From NCBI GenBank assembly GCA_973895155.1, contig OZ316899.1, forward strand, positions 891,573 through 955,572: 64,000 nucleotides of DNA. Reading direction: 5' to 3'. Under the pieces are notes generated by a model. The model worked only from the letters and a program-made list of their open reading frames with translations, ran no database searches and was not told where the DNA came from. Below are positions 35,101-47,700 of the stretch, piece by piece (position 1 is the stretch's first letter; each line of letters begins with the position of its first letter). The position numbers and the translations under genes are program-made. Source of the stretch: Marsupella aquatica (Eukaryota; Plantae; Marchantiophyta).

Positions 35101-36800
35101 CATCTTCCTCTCGACCAACTGGATGCCTGCATATGGATTATTGCGAGTAGGCCGGCGTAACGGATTTCTCACTACACCATATGTTACTACCTCTGGCCCC
35201 TTGATAGGGGAATGCTCGCGTTCTCGTGTTGCTTGTGTTGCCAACCTCCTCCCGTGGCGTCGTATGTTTAGAGGCTCCTTGTCCTCCTCCACTTCCTCAA
35301 GTGGTGCAGTGATCTGCATCCGCTCCTGTATAGGCAACACTGGTGCAAAAGATTGGCTTCTTGCATAACGGCAAAGCAATTGCAGATGGTACCCTAGTCT
35401 GGATACCGCTCCCTCCCCAATGCTCTGCTTCTCTTCGTTTAATGCCTTCTTTAACTGCATTAAGAGATAGCCGTTGTAGTCTCGGCTTGCATCGATATTC
35501 TCTACCAAAAATACCTGGGCTTTGCCGATTTCTGCTCTCGGCAAGGTACAATGCAATGTGACTCTCAGGAAATCAATCAGCTGCCCTATATGTGGGTTGG
35601 TACATTGATTCCTAAAAAACCCATTCTTAGTGGAAGGCCCTGGAAATGACCTGAACTGGTCGTCCGGCAACGTCTTCCTCTGCTCCACCTTTGTTTTCCT
35701 TCCTGTTGGTAAAGCGAACACGGCTTCGATAAGCGCAGGAGTTAATTCGAACACCTTTCCATACAGCAGCGTTGTGTTGGAAGAAGCCTCCCAGCATCCC
35801 ACGAAGTCCAACAGATCCTCATCCGGTATGTCTACCATTCTCCAAGGCAACCTGACAAAGCCCTCCAACCTAGTGTCATTCATATATCCTGCATATTTGT
35901 TATCCTGAACGGCACTGAAGACCTCATCCTCATCTCTTGCGAACTGTAATTGTAAATCGGCAGGTAACTTGTTCGCCCACCCTTTCATGTTTTTATCTTC
36001 TACAGCCCGATCTCTAATTGGCCCGGATTCCATCTTGATTGGTCTCTCCAACCTAGTTCGCTTTGTTGGAGTTGTAGATGCCGAACCTCCCTTGCGCTTC
36101 ATCTCTTCAGTGCCTGAATACTCCCCAAGAATAGCTGCCTTCGTCCACTTTGCAGTGTGACCCTTCAATTCCCAAAGTGGTTGCCCGGCATTCTTGATTG
36201 CCTCCCTGATCCCCACAACCTTATTCTCCCGAATTAGCAATTTGTCAAGCTCCGCACTGGTGGGTGTCCACGAGAACTTTTCCAATACCTCCTCCGTATC
36301 TACGAATGCCGATTTGTGAATTCCCCACAATCGCGCAAGCTCTGCTCGTTCTCTGGCTGCGCGCTCCGGCTCAACATCTTCATACGTAGGTATCAGCTGC
36401 CTTGCTTCTTCAAGCAAACAGGCCCAAAACTTCCTTGCCTGATTCACCGTGTTCATTCCACCGAATGCCAAGAACCTGCGCAATTTCTCAAACCACCTCC
36501 CCCGTTCAATTGGCAGCTGATTCGCTAGGTTGATTGAACAAGCAATTGCACTAGTGTACAGAGTGTCGGTCCCCTCCTTACGAAGTCGCCTCCTGATGGC
36601 TTGCGTGATCAAACCCTGATTAGGTCATAACCCTAATCCCACTTAATCGCGACCGTTGGATCAGATCCCATCACAATTTCCCCCGAACATATTGAAATCG
36701 GCTTCGATCTTTATAACTCCCTAATTATATCTACCTAATCTTTATTTAGCCATTATTTTAGGCTTAACTAAGTACTTCGTGATCCTGGCACGGCATCACA
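32184..36800 (-). mobile_element. Solo LTR (4617 bp) of an F2-related family
   Basis: TSD GACAC at 32179..32183 and 36801..36805; ends GGCATCACA like F2; start TATGGCACGGTTCCCA aligns to F2 TGTGGTGCGTCCCA; no PBS, PPT or pol adjacent. Confidence 0.85.
33142..36612 (-). pseudogene. LTR-encoded PMD-like plus coiled-coil protein inside the solo LTR (one frame, two premature stops)
   Basis: ORFs 34528..36612, 34264..34521 and 33142..34257 are in one frame separated by TGA and TAG; strongly similar to 58751..62410; likely start ATG 36456. Confidence 0.9.
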
Positions 36801-37355
36801 GACACCAACAAACACACCTGTCTCAAAACGACCATTGTCCAATAGTAATGGTATGGGATAGTTCCATAGTTTTTGCTACGTACATTGCGATGCATGGAGT
36901 ATCGGAGTTTACGATACGGTTAGTATCGGAGTTTGTCTCTGGAGAATTATCGGATGTTGCGTTAGACCTCGTATCGGATATTGCGATGTAATGAGGTTTG
37001 GAAAATCCAATGACGGTGCCATCGGACACATTGCTTTGATGTTCTTCTTTTGTTGGAGGGGTCCGATGCAAAAAGGATCGGATGCTGTGAAGGGGATTGA
37101 AACGGAAGGACCGATGAAGGTGCAAACGGACATCATAACGGATGGCTTTGTTACAATAGCTAGGGTTTCATGGGTGGTTATTTTGGGTTTGAGAACATCA
37201 ACCAATATATTAGGGTCCAAAGGAGGCTCAAAACATGTGGTCAAAATCTCATATTGAAAAAGGGGATGACCCTGATATGTATAGAATGGAATGGGCCTAC
37301 CTAGTAGACCCATCTCGGCGACTGTTTGCTCCATGGGAACACCTAAATGGAGCAC

Positions 37356-40300
37356 TGTGGTGCGTCCCATGGCTCCCTAAACCCAAGAAACCCCCCCAGC
37401 TCAAGCCGATTCCCGCAGGTTTCGCGCTTGGCGAGGCCGTTTCCGCGGTTTAGCGGCATGGGACGCTGCTAACTTCCTTCTACTACTACTATTAACATTT
37501 TACACACATATACTGGACAGATCCTTCATCGGGTCATGAGATACGTAGCCGGCCTAATCTAGGCCTTCCCTTGTCTTCCCCTCCATCTTGTTAGGTATGT
37601 TTGGATTCCGCCGCCGGAATGATCCCCAATAGGCTTGGTTAAGCCGCTAAGACCTCTCTCAGCTCGACACATCCAACTCTCACTCCCTTGCTTACTTTCC
37701 TTCCTTCTGGTTGATGTGGGCACTCTTCACACAAGTTAATGCGACACACAAATAGCAAAATGACTCCTTCTGACTGAGTCATACCATGCACTTGCCATAC
37801 AAACAGTACATCTCATACACAAGCTCTGCGAACTAAGCCGTGAGGCCAACTCTATTCAGCTCTTAGGCATGAGGAAACATGAATATACACAAGGTCACGG
37901 TATGACCAACCGAGAGCTTCTCTTACTACTTGATCCCAGCCCGGCTGGTGCAAACTAAAAACTTGCTAAAGAAGAGGCCCTGAGCTCCCCGCTGCCCAGG
38001 TATTTATCCTGGTAGTGGATCCGCCTAATTCTTTGCAGCGTAAGCCTAATCTACCTATGTACAGCAAGGCAGGAGCACAAGTGTTGCTCCTGCCAGTGGA
38101 ACCGCAATTCCACTAAGCTAAGTGTCAGGGCCACCTCCTGGTCCTGATCCTAATCCTAAACTTGGAGATCAGCGCCCGCCCTGCCCACTCACGCCTCCTA
38201 CCTCCATGTCCGCCCTTCCTAAAAGGAACGGCGCCCTTGCACCGTCACAACACCGGTGGTGGACCCTCAATGGACGCCCCCAACGCTTCCTCCTCAGCCA
38301 CTGTCGTAGGTTCGTTCTCTGACAGATTACCTGCCCTTGACTGAGTCAACTCTCCATCGGCCTGACTGGGTCTACCATCGGCATCGGCGTCGGCTTGGGA
38401 ATCATTCTCGGCTACGGCCTCAGCCTCGGCCATGGTCTCCCCGGCCTGCTCAAGAGGCGGATCTGGGATACCGGCCTCATTATTGAGTAGTTTGGCTTGG
38501 GCCGCGTCATCCCCACCTTTGGTGATAGCGGAATCTATTGTCGTGTTCATGCCGGAGGTTGGTGCTGGGTCTACCTCCTTGGTCACCACGGCCAGCGGAG
38601 TCGTATTACTCTTCGACCCTGAAGGTTTCCGCTTCTTCTTCTTTTCTGGTTCGGCAGCTGGTCCCTTCCCCTTCCCACTTACTTCCGGCACTGGTGCAGG
38701 TGGCGCGGCTTGTTCTTCGGCCAGTACCACTCCTGGTAACTTGGTTGCCCCAATTGGAGTTGGGCCTGATGAAGACAAGCACTTAAATACTGCGGCTTGT
38801 TTCTTCAGCCGCTCTGTTTGGTTGTCGGCCCGCCGCTGTAGGTTCTCCATCTTTCTCGTGATTTCCTCCAACTCCTCCTGCACCTCGTCCAGGTCCTTGC
38901 AAGCCTCCTCTAGTTCCTTCTGGGCTTCCTCCCGTTCCCTGTGGGCTTCCTCCAGTTCTTTCTTCAAGGTAGCCCTCTCCTCCCGGGTTGCTCTTAGCTC
39001 CTTGTCGAGCTCTGCAATGATGACAGACTCCATCTGGTTCATCTTGGCGTAAGTCTGATCGAGCATCTCGTCCTTCTCCCGTAGGTCGGCCTTGAAGCTG
39101 GCCGTCAGGGACGCAAGCTCCTGCTGCAGGGCCATAATCCCTTGATAGGATTTCCCTAACTCGGCCTCCTTCTGCTCAAGGGCTCCGCGGATTTTCTCGA
39201 GCTCCCCCTTCAATGCCCATTCCTTTCTTTGGGTCTCCGCCATGGCCCGGTTGTTGGCTGTTATGTGGGCCTCCTCTGCATTCCTCAGCTCTCGCTTCCA
39301 TTTCTCCCTGTCCTTGATTGCGTCGGCCAACTCTCCTTGGGTCCGCGTCAGTAGATTCTCGATCATCCGATTATCAAATTGTGCGGTATCCAACTGGCCC
39401 TGCATGATATTTAGCTCATGCCGCTTAATCCGCAGCTCATCTTGGGCTTTCTTGGCCACCCTCAGGTCCTTGATTTCGGCTTCCCTTTCCCTAAGCCGAC
39501 GGATGACCTCGTCCTTCTTGCTTCTTTCCAAGGCCACCGCTTCTTCTAATTGGCGCTTCTCCAACATCTCCCTCTGGAAAAAGGGTCCCTGCTCCAACTC
39601 CTCCCCAAAGATGCTGAGCGCCAGTTCTCCACACATCTCCCCATACTCCATGGCTCTGTCTTTAGCATAGGTGGAGGAAGTAGAAGTCATCGGCATCATC
39701 CACCGCGGCCTCTGCTCCCAAGCCGTCTTGCGGATCTCTTCAATCGTGGCTAGAGGTTTACTTCCTTTTTCGGCTAGCCGCTTGATGTCCTCCGGCCAAT
39801 CTCCTCCTGGCAAATCCTTTTCCCTAGCCAGGGCTTCCTTCTCTTCCTGCCTGATTCGCTCCTGAAATTCCTGCGCCGTCTGTTTTATGCCGTCAAAGCT
39901 CGGGGGAGCAACATCTGGTGGGGGAGACTCAGGGCTACTCTGCTGGTTGGGGTCCCCCCGTACTACCCTTGGAAGTGTGGGGATAAACCGGCCACAGGTC
40001 CTTACTCCTGGAACGTGATGGTCCGACCCATAGCCGGAGTTATCATGGCTGCAGTCCTCCACTGCCTCCTCTACTTCTTGGACTTCCGGCTTCTCCCTCT
40101 CCTCTTCGTCGGTAGGAGCTTCAGGCAATTCTGCCTCAGATTCAGAGCTTGAGACTCCCACGTATATTCGAACACCCGGCTTGGATTCTGGCCTGATTCT
40201 CTCCTTGTCTCCAGTAAAGGGGTTTTCCCTTGTAAGCCGGTGTAGGCCTACCTCTGGAGCAGTGTCCTGCATTGTTTCCGTTGCCGTTGTCGTTGCCGAT

Positions 40301-42019
40301 GCCGATCTCTTTTCTTTCTCCAGTAGTTTCAGCAGATTCTGCATGCCTGGTTGCTGCATCGGCAAGTCCTCTGTCCTTGGCCTAAACACCTACTCAATCG
40401 TAGGGCTAACAGGTGGTTGAGGCTTCTCTGCTACCAGCCTCGGTGCTGGAGCTTCCTCGGGTGTCCTTACCTGCAGGGGAAGTACTGGGGCAAAGGTCTG
40501 ACCTCTGGCATACTGGCACAACAGCGGCATGTGATAGCCAAGCCGCAACAAGCTCCCCAGGCCGATTACCTGCTGCTCCTCCTTTAAGATCTTCAATTGG
40601 TTGAGGAGGTACCCGTTGTAGTCTCGGCTTGGGTCTGGCCTCTCTGCCAGATAGACCTGTGCCTTGCCGATCTCTGCCCTCGGCAAGTTACAGTGCATTG
40701 TCACCCGCAAGAAGTCGATCATCTCTCCTATGTGTGGGTTGGTGCAGGTGTTCCGGAAGAAGCCATTCTTCGTTGATGGCCCGGGGAACGACCGGAACTC
40801 CTTGTCAGGCAAGGTCTTCCTGGTATCAACTTTGGTCTTATTGCCTATCGGCAAGCCAAACACTTCGGCAATCACCTTGGGAGTAAGATAGAAATCCTTC
40901 CCATATATCCTCGTGCAATTGGTCTCGGGTTCCCATGACCCCACGAATTCTAATAGGTCTGAATCCGGTACCTCCGACTTCAGCCATGGTAATCTTACAA
41001 AGGCCTCTAAGCCAGATCCGGCCATGAAGCCTTGGTACTTCTTGGTCTGCATGGCCGTAAAGCATGCATCCTCCTCCCGTGCAAAATGTAGTTGCACCTC
41101 CACCGGTAGGGTTGCCGCCCAGCCTTTCCAGGTGTCATCCCTGGTTGGAATGGCATTGATGGGATCGACCTCCTCCTCTTCGGCTTTTACCTGCCTCCTG
41201 CTCTACTGCTCGGCTGGCTTCTTTGGTGCCGCCGACCTCGTTCTTTTTGCCGGGGTGGCTTCATTGTTGACGGCTCCCTTCCTCTTCATCTCTGCTGCCG
41301 TGGAGGTTTCTCCTAGCACCGTTGCCGGGGTCCACCTTTCCGTGCTACCCTTCAATTCCCAGTGTATGTCGTTGCAGTTCTTGATGGCCTCTTGAATGCC
41401 GATGATTCTGTCTTTACAAAACAGAAGATCGTCGAGCTGATTGGAAGTAGGAGTCCACAAGAACTCGGCGTTGATGAGTTTGCCTCCTAAGAAAGTCGTC
41501 TTCTGCAGCTCCCACAATCGAGCGAGCTCCTGCCGTTCTCGAGCTGCCCTTTCTGATTCCTCGTCCTCGTAAGTCTTGATGTACTCAGTTGCCCGTTCGA
41601 ACAGGCATCCCCAGAAATGTGCCGCTTGATTGACGTTGCTCATACCCTCCTTAGGTCGATCGTCGGTATCTACTCTCTCCCCGAGTGCTTGCCTAAGCAG
41701 CTAACAGTAGTTGGCCTCCCGTAGTCGTCTGCCTAGTTTGTGCTCGCAAATGAGCCACCATCTCCTGCAAGCGCTCCTTACCCCTCTCCTCTTCCGGTCC
41801 TTCCTCCCGTTGATCCTTCCTAGCCACCGACGCTTAACGTGCCCTAACCCTAATCGAGTTTTCACCCCCAACGTCCTTACCTCCGGCCTCGGCCCGGGTT
41901 CCATGGTCGCCCCTAATTGTTTATATTTTCCTTGTTTTGTCCCTATACTAAGGTGTTTCTAGGGTGCACTCCTGCTTTACCCACTTAACTGGCCGAGTGA
42001 TTCCTGGCTAGGCATCACA
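37356..42019 (-). repeat. F2 LTR copy A (4664 bp)
   Basis: TGTGGTGC...GCATCACA termini; PPT at 42020..42032. Confidence 0.92.
38245..41643 (-). pseudogene. LTR-encoded protein, copy A (in-frame stops at 41203 and 40390)
   Basis: Collinear with 58751..62113; the stops correspond to CAG in copies B and C. Confidence 0.92.
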
Positions 42020-44773
42020 TAGCTCCCCACTAAATTGTGAAGCGTCCTCGCGAACAACTTCATCTTCGTCCATATAGTATTTCTTGAGGCGGTCATAATG
42101 GATGCAAACTGGATACACTTCTCCCGTAATGTTGGCCAATTGTACGGAGCCATTGGAGAACTTCATGGTTACTCTAAAGGGTCCTAACCAGCGAGTGTAA
42201 AGCTTCCCTGGAAACCTACTATACCTACTATCATAAAGTAACACAACATCACCGGTGTGAATACTAACTACTTTCAACTTTTTATCATACTGCTGCTTCA
42301 TGATATTCTGTCTATATTCTACTCTCTCGGCTGAAATCATTCTCGCCTCTTCTAAAGCTTCTAACCTATATTCTCGCTCCTTTAGGCTCTCCTCCGCTGA
42401 GGCTCTTTCCTCAATTGTAACTTGAAATGTTGGTATCTCAAGTTGCATGGGTACCAGGGCTTCTTGTCCAAAGGTTAAGAAGAAGGGTGTATGACCGGTA
42501 GTGGATTTATAGGCTAGATTGTAAGCAAAAACAGCAGCAAACAATTTATCATCCCAATCAAGTTTGTTCTGAGCTACTGTCTTGTTCAATATCTTTCCTA
42601 TAATTCCGTTTGCTCGTTCTGTCAACCCATTTGCCTTTGGATGGTAGGGAGTAGTAGGCCTATGTCTAACTAAATACTGTTCATTTAAACGACTAATTAT
42701 ATCATTCAGAAAATGGGTTCGTCTATCACTAACTAATTCTAGGGGTGCTCCATACCTGGTGAAGATCTGCTCATACATGAATCTAGCCGTAGTAATTGCA
42801 TCATCCTTTGTTGTCGGTCTGGCCTCTACCCATTTAGTTGCATAATCCGTAGCCAGGATTATGTACTTGTTTCGTCGAGGGTGGGTCAGTGGTTTCAGAG
42901 GTCTGATGTAATCAATACCCCACTTCTCGAATGGTGCCAGAGGTAGAATAGGGTGCAGTGGATGTCTGGTGGATGCCCTTGGTCCTCCCGCTCGTTGACA
43001 AGGATCGCATTATTTGATAAACTGATAGACATCCTTGTGCAAGGTGGGCCACCAGTAACCGGCATTTAATATCTTTTTATACGTGGTTATTGGGGCAAAA
43101 TGTCCTCCGGCCTCCTCTCCATGCATGGCCCGTAGGACTCGTTTTACCTCTCCCTTTTCCAAACACCTTTGAATCGTGTCGTTGATTCCATGCTTGTGCA
43201 GTATGCCTTTAATGCACTGATACTGTCTGACCTTCCGCAAAAAGACTGCGGCTTGTTCTCGGCTTAATCCTGGCTGTAATCTGGAAGTGCTGAGAAATTG
43301 TAAAATCTCAGGGTACCATGTATCAACTATTTCTACAACGAATAGCTCCTCGTCGGGGAATCGATCATCGATGCAATCCGTGGCAGGTTCACCTGTGATT
43401 CTTGAAAAGAAGTCGGCATTGGCATGTAATTTTCCCGGCTTGATCCCCCATTCCGTGATGAAGGCCGTCTTGATTTGGTCTTCCTGCTGAATCCTGATTT
43501 GGTTATAACCAGAGTACTCATCCATGAATGAATATAGTTCGTGACTGGCTACCATGTCTAGTACCATATCAGTAAAGGGTAAGGGAAAATGGTCTTTTAA
43601 CGTCGCTTCATTCAGTTTCCTGTAATCCTGACAAACCCGGATCTTGGGTTTACCATCGGGTCCAGCTTTCTTGGGAACTATCACAATTGGAGACACCCAG
43701 TCTGAATGCAGGACTGGAGTGATGAATCCAGCTTCCACTAGTTTGTCGATTTCCGTTTTGACCAGCAGGGAATACTTCGAGTTCATCCTTCGAATTGGTT
43801 GTCGAAATGATTTGGCTCCTAACATGAGATCAATTCGATGTTCTCCTAATGTTGGATCTACTCCCTTCAGATCTTGGTGACTCCATGCAAACACATCCTG
43901 AAATTCAATCAATAAGTCACTGATCTCTTTCTCGAGCTCAGGTGCTAGGTTTCTCCCTAAATTTAGTTCCCTTCCCTCTCCTAAGTCGAGCTTCCGATAT
44001 TGCCGCGCTTGGATCATATTAATCTGCTTCTTCAAATTCGGGTCCAGCTCGGCTTCCAGTCTCTCCAGTCTCATACCTCCATAAACTGGAATCTCGGCTG
44101 TACTAGCCGAGTTGGTTTCTACCTTGGTGCCCACAGATTGTCCCCTTGCCGGTCTATGCGGTTTTGAATTGGTAGTCGGCTTCCCTTCCTAACTCAGCTC
44201 TGGATTCTGTCTGTGCATCTCATCCACCTCTTGCTCCTGAGGGTCAGGCCTGTGTGCTCTCCCGGCTTCTAATAGGGCCTCAATTTATTCTGCCCTCGTA
44301 ATCGGCTTGTATGCCGATCCCTTGGTATTTAATTCCTTGCCGATGATCGATGGCATTGTGGACCCCGTCGGCTCTGCCACAACGCCTGCAGAAAATCCAC
44401 TGTCCCTACTACTGCTCCCCACTTAGCCGTTTCATCCAATTGGTCTACATCCTTTATTTCCTCCGGAATTGCATCTAAAAAGGTGGATTCTATTGTAAAG
44501 CAATCCTCGACCTCTTCGTCTTCTTCCTCCAAGTCACCTTTCATTGGTTCTTGCCATAATCCGTTGGGGGGTACCTCTGGTCCAAAGACACTTTCTTCGG
44601 TTAGGTCAGTGAGGCATTCTAACCAACGTACTTCATCGGCTGACTCCAGTCCACTGTCGTACCCATCTACTTCCCTTATGCTTTTCCTACGATCATCCTT
44701 AGTGTCCCAGGATACCGTGATAGAGGGGGTCCCAAAAGTGATTGCTTCTTACCCCAATCCTCTATTACCTCGG
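42008..44773 (-). pseudogene. F2 copy A pol (end of PR region, partial RT, INT); most of RT and RNase H deleted, several stops
   Basis: AFITEWG fused directly to IKPGKLHANADFF at ~43445; stop at 43010; sequence cut by LTR B at 44773. Confidence 0.9.
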
Positions 44774-47700
44774 TGTGGTGCGTCCCATGGCTCCCTAAAC
44801 CCAAGAAACCCCCCAGCTCAAGCCGATTCCCGCAGGTTTCGCGCTTGGCGAGGCCGTTTCCGCGGCTTAGCGGCATGGGACGCTGCTAACCTTCTACTAC
44901 TACTATTAACATTTTACACACATATACTGGACAGATCCTTCATCGGGTCATGAGATACGTAGCCGGCCTAATATAGGCCTTCCCCTGTCTTCCCCTGTCT
45001 TCCCCTCCGTCTTGTTAGGTATGTTTGGATTCCGCCGCCGGAATGATCCCCAATAGGCTTGGTTAAGCCGCTAAGACCTCTCTCAGCTCGACACATCCAA
45101 CTCTCACTCCCCTGCTTACTTTCCTTCTTTCTGGTTGATGTGGGCACTCTTCACACAAGTTAATGCGACACACAAATAGCAAAATGACTCATTCTGACTG
45201 AGTCATACCATGCACTTGCCATACAAACAGTACATCTCATACACAAGTTCTGCGAACTAAGCCGTGAGGCCAACTCTATTCAGCTCTTAGGCATGAGGAA
45301 ACATGAATATACACAAGGGTCACTGTATGACTAACCGAGAGCTTCTCGTACTACTTGATCCCAGCCCGGCTGGTGCAAACTAAAAACTTGCTAAAGAAGA
45401 GGCCCTGAGCTCCCCGCTGCCCAGGTACTTATCCTGGTAGTGGATCCGCCATTCTTTGCATCGTAAGCCTAATCTACTTAACAGTAATCTACTTGCCCGA
45501 ATCTACCTATGTACAGCAAGGCAGGAGCACAAGTGTTGCTCCTACCAATGGGACCGCAATCCCACTAAGCTAAGTGTCAGGGCCGCTCCTGGTTCTGATC
45601 CTAATCCTAAACGTGGAGATCCGTGCCCGCCCTGCCCACTCACGCCTCCTCCCTCCACGTCCGCCCTCCCTAAAAGGAACGGCGCCCTTGCACCGTCACG
45701 ACACCAGTGGTGGATCCTCAATGGACGCCCCCAACACTTCCTCCTCAGCCACTGCCGTTGGCCCGCCTACTGACAGATTACCTGCCCTTGACCGAGTCAA
45801 CTCTCCCTCGGCCTGACTGGGTCCACCTTCGGCTTCAGCCTCGACACCGGCCTCGGCAATACCCACGGCTTCGGCTTCAGCCATCCCCACGGCTTCGGCT
45901 TCAGCCACTCCCTCGGCTTCGGCCTCCCCTTCCCCTAGGGTAGTTGGATCCTTAGCTGTGACCCTGTCTGGGGTCGGTGCCGGGTCTACCTCCTTGATCA
46001 CCACGGCCTGTGAAGTCGTATTACTCCTTGACCCTGAAGGTTTCCGCTTCTTCTTCGTTGGTGGCTCGGCAGCTGGTCCCTTCCCCTTCCCACTTACCTC
46101 CGGCACTGGTGCAGGTGGCGCGGCTTGTCCTTCGGCAATTACCACCCCTGGTAACTGGTTTGTCCCAACAGGAGATGGACCTGCTGCAGCTAAGCATTTA
46201 AATACTGCGGCTTGTTTCTTCAGCCGCTCTGTTTGGTTGTCGGCCCGCCGCTGTAGGTTCTCCATCTTCCTCGTGATTTCCTCCAACTCCTCTTGGGTTT
46301 CATCCAGGTCCTTACGTGCCCCCTCCAGCTCGTTTTTGGCCTCCTCCTGCTCCCTGTGGGCTTCCTCCAATTCCTTCTTCAAGGTAGCCTTCTCCTCCTG
46401 GGTTGCTCTTAGCTCCTTGTCGAGCTCTGCAATGATGACAGACTCCATCTGGTTCATCTTGGCGTAAGTCTGTTCGAGCATCTCGTCCTTCTCCCTTAGG
46501 TCGGCCTTGAAGCTGGCCGTCAGGGACGCAAGCTCCTGCTGCAGCGCCATAATCCCTTGATAGGATTTCCCTAACTCGACCTCCTTCTGCTCAAGGGCTC
46601 CGCGGATTTTCTCGAGCTCCCCTTTCAACGCCCATTCCTTTCTTTGGGTCTCCGCCATGGCCCGGCTGTTGGCTATTATGTGGGCCTCCTCTGTATTCTT
46701 CAGCTCTTGCTTCCACTTTTCCCTTTCTTTGATCGTGTCGGCCAACTCTTCCTGCGTCTGAGTCAGTTTATCCTTGATATTCTGATTATCAGCCTGCGCG
46801 GCGTCCAACTGCCCCTGCATGATGTTCAGCTCATGTCGTTTAATCCGCAGTTCATCTTGGGCTTTCTTGGCCGCCCTTAGATCTTCAATCTCGGCTTCCA
46901 TCCTCCTAAGCCGCCGAATGACCTCGTCCTTCTTGCTTCTCTCTAAAGCCACCGCTTCTTCTAATTGGTGCTTCTCCAACTGCTCCCTATGGAAAAAGGG
47001 TCCTACCTCCAACTCCTCTCCAAAGATGCCGAGCGCAAGTTCCCCACACATCTCACCATACTCCATGGCTCTATTCTTAGCGTAGGTGGAGTAAGTAGAA
47101 GTGATCGGCATCGCCCATCGTGGCCTCTGCTCCCAAGCCGTCCTGCGGATCTCTTCAATCGTGGCTAGAGGTTTGCTTCCTTTTTCGGCTAGCCGCCTGA
47201 TGTCCTCCGGCCAATCTCCTCCTGGTAAATCCTTTTCCTTAGCCAGGGCGGCCTCTTCCTCCTGCTTGATTCGCTCCTGAAATTCCTGCACCGTCTGTTT
47301 TATGCCGTCGAAGCTCGGGGGAGCAACATCTGGTGGGGGAGACTCAGGGCTACTCTGCTGGTTGGGGTCCCCTCGCACTACCCTTGGAAGTGTGGGGACA
47401 AACCGGCCACAGGTCCTTACTCCTGGAACGTGATGGTCCGACCCATAGCCGGAATTATCATGGCTGCAGTCCTCCACTGCCTCCTCTACCTCTTGGATTT
47501 CCGGCTTCTCCCTCTCCTCTTCCTCGGTAGGAGCTTCGGGCAATTCTGCCTCAGATTCGGAGCTTGAGGTTCCCACGTACATTCGAACACCTGGCTTGGA
47601 TTCCGGCCTGATTCTCTCGTCTCCAGCAAAGGGGTTTTCTCTTGTGAGCCGGTGTAGGCCTACCTCTGTAGTAGTGTCCTGCATGGTTGCCGTTGCCGTT

